A stretch of DNA of 32,000 bases from an uncultured Lentisphaeria bacterium (GTDB lineage: Bacteria > Verrucomicrobiota > Lentisphaeria > JABSQK01 > JAJFLO01), in the NCBI GenBank assembly GCA_951812855.1, contig OX638337.1, forward strand, positions 1,590,001-1,622,000, given 5' to 3'. A program made the translations under genes and the position numbers. The notes beneath the pieces were generated by a model. It saw only the letters and a list, made by a program, of their open reading frames with translations. It ran no database searches and had not been told where the DNA came from. Positions 26,829-32,000 of this stretch are shown here, in pieces (the stretch's first letter is position 1; each line of letters begins with the position of its first letter).

Positions 26829-27875
26829 ATGGACAAAGAACGTTTTATCACATCCACCCTGAATAAGCGAGATGATCGACTCGACAACAATCTAAGGCCA
26901 ACGACGTTTGACGAATTTCCGGGACAGGAAAAGAAAAAAGAGCAACTGTCAATTTTTGTTCAAGCCGCAAAGCAGCGTAATGAACCGCTGGATCATTTAC
27001 TTTTAAGTGGTCCGCCTGGTCTGGGGAAAACAACACTGGCACATATAATTTCTAACGAACGATGTAAAAACATAAAGACGTCAAGCGGTCCAGTAGTGGA
27101 AAAACCCGGCGACCTGGCCGGGTTATTCTATAGCCTTGAAGAAGGCGATATATTATTTATTGATGAGATTCATCGATTATCAACTAATATAGAAGAGTAC
27201 ATGTACAGTGCGATGGAAGACTTCTATATTGATATAGTTCTGGATCAGGGAGCCGGTACCAGATCGGTTAGACTGGACGTACCCCGTTTTACATTGATTG
27301 GAGCAACCACACGGCAAGGGCTGATCTCTGCACCTCTAAGGTCGCGATTTGGCTTACACATACGCCTGGACTATTATCCTGCAGAAATTTTATCTAAAAT
27401 TGTTCAGCGATCTGCCGGGATCTTAGATATCGATATTAATCAAGAGGGTGCTCATGAAATCGCTCGTCGAAGTAGAGGGACACCTCGGATTGCAAATAAT
27501 TTAATTTCGAGAGTACGCGATTATGCACAGGTCAAAGCAGATAATAAAATTAATAAGGATGTGGCCGTTGCGGCGTTAAAAATGCTTGATATTGATGAAT
27601 TCGGACTTGATGAAATGGATAATCGACTCCTGGAAGCCATCTTATATAAATTTGACGGAGGACCGGTAGGGTTAAAAAATCTGGCAATATCATTAGGCGA
27701 GGAGACCGGTACCATTGAGGAAGTTTATGAGCCTTTTTTAATCCAGGAAGGATTTATAAGTCGTACACCACAAGGACGGACAGCCACATTCAAAGCTGCC
27801 GAACGATTTGGCATCAGAAAAAATGATAAACCGGGCGGGTTAGATTTGTTTGGAGAAAAACGAAATAATAATTGA
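26829..27875 (+). CDS. ruvB: Holliday junction branch migration DNA helicase RuvB
   Basis: LRPTTFDEFPGQ, Walker A GPPGLGKTT, Walker B ILFIDEIHRL, IGATTR and RGTPRIANNL. Confidence 0.95.
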   Translation: MDKERFITSTLNKRDDRLDNNLRPTTFDEFPGQEKKKEQLSIFVQAAKQRNEPLDHLLLSGPPGLGKTTLAHIISNERCKNIKTSSGPVVEKPGDLAGLFYSLEEGDILFIDEIHRLSTNIEEYMYSAMEDFYIDIVLDQGAGTRSVRLDVPRFTLIGATTRQGLISAPLRSRFGLHIRLDYYPAEILSKIVQRSAGILDIDINQEGAHEIARRSRGTPRIANNLISRVRDYAQVKADNKINKDVAVAALKMLDIDEFGLDEMDNRLLEAILYKFDGGPVGLKNLAISLGEETGTIEEVYEPFLIQEGFISRTPQGRTATFKAAERFGIRKNDKPGGLDLFGEKRNNN

Positions 27876-28018
27876 TAAATAGAATTTCTGTAAAAAATGT
27901 ATTAACACTATAAAATGCGATTATTGAGCTGCGTGAATTTGTTTAATTCAAATCATTTAAATTTAATTTTTAGTGTCTTCTTCACATCGTCCACGGGAAA
28001 TTAAACAATACATGATAA

Positions 28019-28585
28019 TCTCAAACACTTGATTATCCCTTCATTATTCCCTCTTATAGCGAAGGGGTATTGCTTCCGGAGACGTTAGCCTGTCTAAATG
28101 ACATCGTTGAATCTGTTCGTAATTATACAGGTGAAATCATCATAGTTGATAATAATTCTACTGATAACACAGCAGAAGTCGCTAAACGATATAATGCAAG
28201 AGTTCTATTTGAAGAACATCAGCAGATTGCAAAAGCACGTAATTCCGGCACTAATTTAAGTTCAGGCAGATATCTCATTTTTATTGACGCAGATACGTTG
28301 ATTACCCGGACCCTGTTTAATCAAACTGTCCAGACACTCGAATCATTTTTTGATGTAACAGGATTTAATGAGGAATATTATTTTGCTGAAGAAATTTATT
28401 TATCTATAGCCTTAAACAGGTGGGGGGAAAAATAGAAAAAGATGAAAATAATTGACGAAAAGGTTATAATATCATCACAAAAGGTGGAGTGGTTTAGGTT
28501 TAATAAAGATATGTTAAGACTTATCATCGTGCCTGTCTTCAATCCTAAAGCATCAAAAAAAATATGTTGCAATTTTTTTTTATAA
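28019..28585 (+). pseudogene. Disrupted family 2 glycosyltransferase
   Basis: The GT2 N-terminus PFIIPSYSEGVLLPETLACL is in frame with the 28070 ORF but has no start codon: the nearby ATG 28012 is in another frame and stops after 6 codons. The core IIIVDNNSTDNT...AKARNSGT...YLIFIDADT is intact. A segment appears to be missing before FFDVTGFNEE. The in-frame TAG at 28433 is followed by 49 more GT2-like codons (...VIISSQKVEWF...). Confidence 0.65.
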
Positions 28586-28863
28586 TTATTTTTAATAAAA
28601 ACTGGAATTAACTTATAATTCTATTAACTATAACAATTATAATAATTCATTTTTTTTTTACCATTAGGTGATTCAACCAGCAAATATTTAATTCCGGCAG
28701 ATTATTTTTTTTATTTTTCCGCTTGATATCGATTTCTTAAAATGCATCTTAGCTGAATTTAGGTTTAAACAGGGACAAATATTATTCAATTTATATTTGT
28801 TAATCAAGTTTTATTTAGGAAACATCAAACACTCAATACAATTAATCAAAAAAGGAGAGCTAT

Positions 28864-31800
28864 ATGGGTATTCAAACCGTAACAAAAACTACTAACCTAT
28901 GGGGTGAAAATAGCATGAAGAAAAAAATATTACTCACATCGAATAAAGCGTTTAACCTGAAACTTGTGCTCATCACCGTGCTGTCAGTGATGTTAAGTTC
29001 GCCGCTGTTTGCTAAAACAGTTTATGTGAATGAAACTGCAGCTGATGACACCAAAGATGGACTTACAGCTGAAAATGCTGTTCAAACAATCAGCAGTGCA
29101 CTTTCCAAAGCGAGTGCAGGAGATACCATCAGTATCGCTGCAGGTACGTATACAGAGCAGGTGAAAATTGATAAAGATTTAACCTTGGTAGGTACTGGTG
29201 AAAATGTTGACGATGTGACAATCCAATCGCCGGCAGCCGATTTAGCCGCATTACCGGGAGATGGAATTGATAGAAGCTATGTGGTCGGTGTCCACGGTGC
29301 TGAAGTGACTATTAGAAAAATAAAGGTTGACGGAAATGGTGCAGGTAGTAGTAACGCCAATCTTGTCGGAATTGGTGGTTTTAAAAATGGAGAGAAAGAT
29401 TCTAAATTAGTGGTTGATAACTGTTGGGTTGTTGGCGTTAATGGAGAGACTTCAGATTTAGATGATGATGAAGCCCTTGGAATTGCTATTGCAGCATTTG
29501 GCTCGGGATCTTTAAAGGTTGTTAACTGCGAAAAAATTGATACATTTCAAAAAGTTGGAATTTCTGCAAAAGGAAGTCTGTCATCCGTTACCATTTCAGG
29601 CAATAAAATAACGGGAAGCGGTGTTAGTACTACTGTCTTCCAAAGCGGCATTAGTGTAAATGGGAAAACAGCTCCAGTTACAGCTTCAATTACGGGGAAT
29701 GTGGTAAGAAACGTCAGTTTCCGATCCGTTTCTGATGGAACGAAGGATGAACTTTCTTCGGGAATTGCACTCTTCAATTGTGCAAATTCAGATGTATCAG
29801 GCAACACCATTGTTGGGAGCACGACACAGGCAAACGGCAATACCATTCAAAATGAATCCGGAATATACATTCGAAAAGGTGATGGTGTTAAAGTTAGTAA
29901 TAACACGTTGGTCAACTTGTTTAACGACATCATTCTAGATGGCCACACTTCTAGCAGGAGTGAGGCATTTTTTGCTGAGGTTACATTTAATGATATTATC
30001 GAAGGTGCCATCGGGGCGGACGGTACATTTAAGGTGAATGCCGATGCTGATGGTGACGGTGTTACATCAGATGAAACATACAATATTGCAAATCATGCAG
30101 TTGATGGAGCAGCAATTATTGTGGATAGTGCAGCAGCCAGGATTGCGAACAACAATATTTTAGGTAACGGAACGGGTATTCATCTCTTGGATATTGCTAC
30201 AACTGTAAATGACAAAGCGGTTGCTACCACTCTTGATTATAACAGGATTGGAACAATCGGAGCACCGGCAAAAACTGCAGCTGAAACAGATATCGATGGA
30301 CCTTCCGGTGATGGGTTGGGAGTAGGGTTTCATATTGCACACGAAACAGTAAAAGCTGATGCGGGAAACAACCTCGGTGATTTAACGGGAGCAATTACCG
30401 ATGGGGATTCTGTTGTATATAATTCTAGTGATCTCAGAGTTGAAGGTTCAAACATTTATGATATAGCCACTCAGTTGCTCAACGTACGCGGAAATGTGAA
30501 CGCTAATGCCTTGGCGATAAGTGATGATAAGACCGATGCTGCAGGTTTTCAGGTGCCGTTGGCTGCTGCGATTACGAATGCTGATTCAGCTGATGATGTA
30601 GATTTAGGAACCACAACGGTTAGTTCTGTGATAACAGATATCAGTGTTGCAGTTACCGCTGTTAATAGCAGTGACACCGACCCGAATAAGGAACCGCCTG
30701 CCTCAGTGAAGATTGCGACAGAAATTTCAAATTCCGATGCAGGTATAGATACAAGTAAAGATGCAGGTAAAACTGAAGAAGAAAACCGAGTTGCTCTGCA
30801 GGAAAAAGTTAATGCTATCCTGGATGGCATTAAGCAGGAGCTTGCCAAACTCAATAAGGATAACACTGTCACAAAATTTGTTTTTGAGCTTAAACTTCCT
30901 CCAGCCGATGTTGATGGAGTACATTTTAATGCATTCAACGTGCCGGGAGCAGAATTCATAATAAAAAAAGCAACGGGTGTTGTTGTGCTTACTGTGGGAA
31001 CACCTGCGTTGACGGTTGGAGATGGCGTGACATTGACTCTTCAGGGAACAGTCGTAACAGATTCAGACGGAAATGTAGTTAATTCCATTCAAGTTAAAAA
31101 CACCGATAAAACCGAAGTCGGTGATTCTCCAACTATTCTAGTGGAAAGTGGTGGTACTCTCAAAATTCGTAACGTAACCCTTGGTGAATCAACCATATTT
31201 GACCAGGCAGTAATAAAGATTGAGGGAACCGGGGTGTTAGATCTGGGAACAGCTGCTGATCTTGGAAATAATACGCTTACTGTTAACCCGCGAGTTAATG
31301 AAACAGACGGAACCATAACCAATTCAGCCTATCCGCATGGATTGTTCATTCTGCATAATGGATCAGTTGATGTAAGTGCACTTGGGAATATATGGATTGA
31401 TAATACAGCAGGTGCAAACACAGATATAAGCAAAGATAATGCAAAGATTCAAGCATTAATTGATACGTCGGGAGGTTCTGCAAAGGTAACAGTACTTCCA
31501 GCATTAAATGATGCTCCGACATTTGTTAAAGGTGCTGACATAACAATAAATCAAGATGTGGGACCTCAGACTGAATTTGCCTGGGCAACAGACATTAGTG
31601 CTGGAGCGATTGGCAAATTAGAATCTTTCACACTGACTGCAGTTTCTATCACTGTCCCTACTGCAGATGGATCAGGTACTGAGTCCGGAGCAGCAGAAAC
31701 TTTCTTTAAAGATGCACCAACAGTTGATAAGGATACAGGTGATCTGAAATATACTGTAGCTGACGGAATAACAGGTACCGCGACATACACTATCCATGCT

Positions 31801-32000
31801 ACCGATAATGGACCGGGAACAGGCGGTAATATTAATGTTAGTGCTAAGCAATCATTTACGATTACTGTACAGAAATTAAATGATGCTCCGACATTTGTTA
31901 AAGGTGCTGATATAACAATAAGTCAAGATGCGGGACCTCAGACTGAATCTGCCTGGGCAACAAACATTAGTGCTGGAGTGGTTGGCGAATTAGCATCTTT
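28864..32000 (+). CDS. Giant secreted beta-helix / LNDAPTF-repeat (cadherin-like) surface protein, 5' part only
   Basis: I translated 1,045 codons by hand from ATG 28864 to the window end with no stop, so the ORF is open-ended and absent from the track. AGGAG lies 6 nt upstream and an in-frame TAA at 28843 bounds it. The signal peptide starts at the second Met (28915): MKKKILLTSNKAFNLKLVLITVLSVMLSSPLFA/KT. It carries the beta-helix entry motif GDTISIAAGTYTEQVKIDKDLTLVG, PbH1-like turns (ISGNKITGSG, VSGNTIVGS, VSNNTLVN, NNNILGNGTGIHL), the acidic site NADADGDGVTSDE, and then 124-aa LNDAPTF... modules. Confidence 0.88.
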   Translation, partial: MGIQTVTKTTNLWGENSMKKKILLTSNKAFNLKLVLITVLSVMLSSPLFAKTVYVNETAADDTKDGLTAENAVQTISSALSKASAGDTISIAAGTYTEQVKIDKDLTLVGTGENVDDVTIQSPAADLAALPGDGIDRSYVVGVHGAEVTIRKIKVDGNGAGSSNANLVGIGGFKNGEKDSKLVVDNCWVVGVNGETSDLDDDEALGIAIAAFGSGSLKVVNCEKIDTFQKVGISAKGSLSSVTISGNKITGSGVSTTVFQSGISVNGKTAPVTASITGNVVRNVSFRSVSDGTKDELSSGIALFNCANSDVSGNTIVGSTTQANGNTIQNESGIYIRKGDGVKVSNNTLVNLFNDIILDGHTSSRSEAFFAEVTFNDIIEGAIGADGTFKVNADADGDGVTSDETYNIANHAVDGAAIIVDSAAARIANNNILGNGTGIHLLDIATTVNDKAVATTLDYNRIGTIGAPAKTAAETDIDGPSGDGLGVGFHIAHETVKADAGNNLGDLTGAITDGDSVVYNSSDLRVEGSNIYDIATQLLNVRGNVNANALAISDDKTDAAGFQVPLAAAITNADSADDVDLGTTTVSSVITDISVAVTAVNSSDTDPNKEPPASVKIATEISNSDAGIDTSKDAGKTEEENRVALQEKVNAILDGIKQELAKLNKDNTVTKFVFELKLPPADVDGVHFNAFNVPGAEFIIKKATGVVVLTVGTPALTVGDGVTLTLQGTVVTDSDGNVVNSIQVKNTDKTEVGDSPTILVESGGTLKIRNVTLGESTIFDQAVIKIEGTGVLDLGTAADLGNNTLTVNPRVNETDGTITNSAYPHGLFILHNGSVDVSALGNIWIDNTAGANTDISKDNAKIQALIDTSGGSAKVTVLPALNDAPTFVKGADITINQDVGPQTEFAWATDISAGAIGKLESFTLTAVSITVPTADGSGTESGAAETFFKDAPTVDKDTGDLKYTVADGITGTATYTIHATDNGPGTGGNINVSAKQSFTITVQKLNDAPTFVKGADITISQDAGPQTESAWATNISAGVVGELAS
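31504..32000 (+). repeat. Tandem 372-nt (124-codon) intragenic repeat, at least 1.3 copies in the window
   Basis: 31504-31628 aligns without gaps to 31876-32000 with 9 mismatches in 125 nt. The repeat continues past the window end. Confidence 0.85.

Noticed and set aside
29547-31790. Five minus-strand track ORFs (29547-29846, 29847-30083, 30549-30959, 31089-31322, 31566-31790) plus short plus-strand ORFs at 29735-29938 and 30761-30961
   Set aside because: All lie inside the uninterrupted plus-strand frame of 1,045 codons. Their translations are low-complexity Ser/Val/Pro/Thr strings, typical of antisense shadows of a Gly/Asp/Thr/Ala-rich repeat protein. None has a start context or a recognisable motif.
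31504-32000. Possible diversity-generating retroelement (template/variable repeat pair)
   Set aside because: The nine differences between the two copies involve C, A, T and G positions rather than adenine-specific substitutions. No reverse transcriptase gene is present in the window, and the copies are in-frame tandem domain units.
1-32000. CRISPR arrays, IS elements, prophage, toxin-antitoxin or defence islands
   Set aside because: Scanning spacers and ORF translations, I saw no regularly spaced direct repeats, no transposase, integrase, Cas, restriction or abortive-infection motifs, and no terminal inverted repeats. I cannot exclude very divergent small systems without profile searches.

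Overview
AT-rich, tightly packed bacterial chromosomal segment from a diderm organism (Pal lipoprotein, MurC/Ddl, FtsH). I cannot place it taxonomically from sequence alone. I support 29 protein-coding genes (two cut by the window edges), 3 gene relics, 2 RNA genes and one tandem repeat. Content is mostly housekeeping: a ptsH(HPr)-NusG paralog-nadB-M24 peptidase-thiD operon, RNase P RNA, tRNA-Asp(GTC), a fused coaD-coaE, pal, an FHA protein, ftsH, rpmF, an LPLAT-family acyltransferase, murC-ddl, rpsT, proB, tadA, panB, gltA and ruvAB. Five real features are missing from the ORF track: RNase P RNA (7456-7878, minus), tRNA-Asp (8975-9051), rpmF (15963-16142, 59 aa, below the track cutoff), a 5' edge gene fragment (3-392) and an open-ended ORF of more than 1,045 codons (28864 to the window end). 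I saw no CRISPR array, transposase, integrase, phage gene, toxin-antitoxin pair or recognisable defence module, and I do not find a convincing novel multi-gene system. The most unusual observations are: (1) the giant secreted beta-helix / LNDAPTF-repeat protein, with near-identical 372-nt tandem units and long poly-T tracts upstream; (2) three independent gene relics (Hanks-type Ser/Thr kinase, class III nucleotide cyclase, GT2 glycosyltransferase), suggesting erosion of signalling and surface functions; (3) a CoaD-CoaE fusion and an HPr gene overlapping a specialised NusG paralog; (4) several long spacers with strong secondary-structure potential that may hold unannotated RNAs. All functional calls rest on by-eye motif recognition; no database search was possible.
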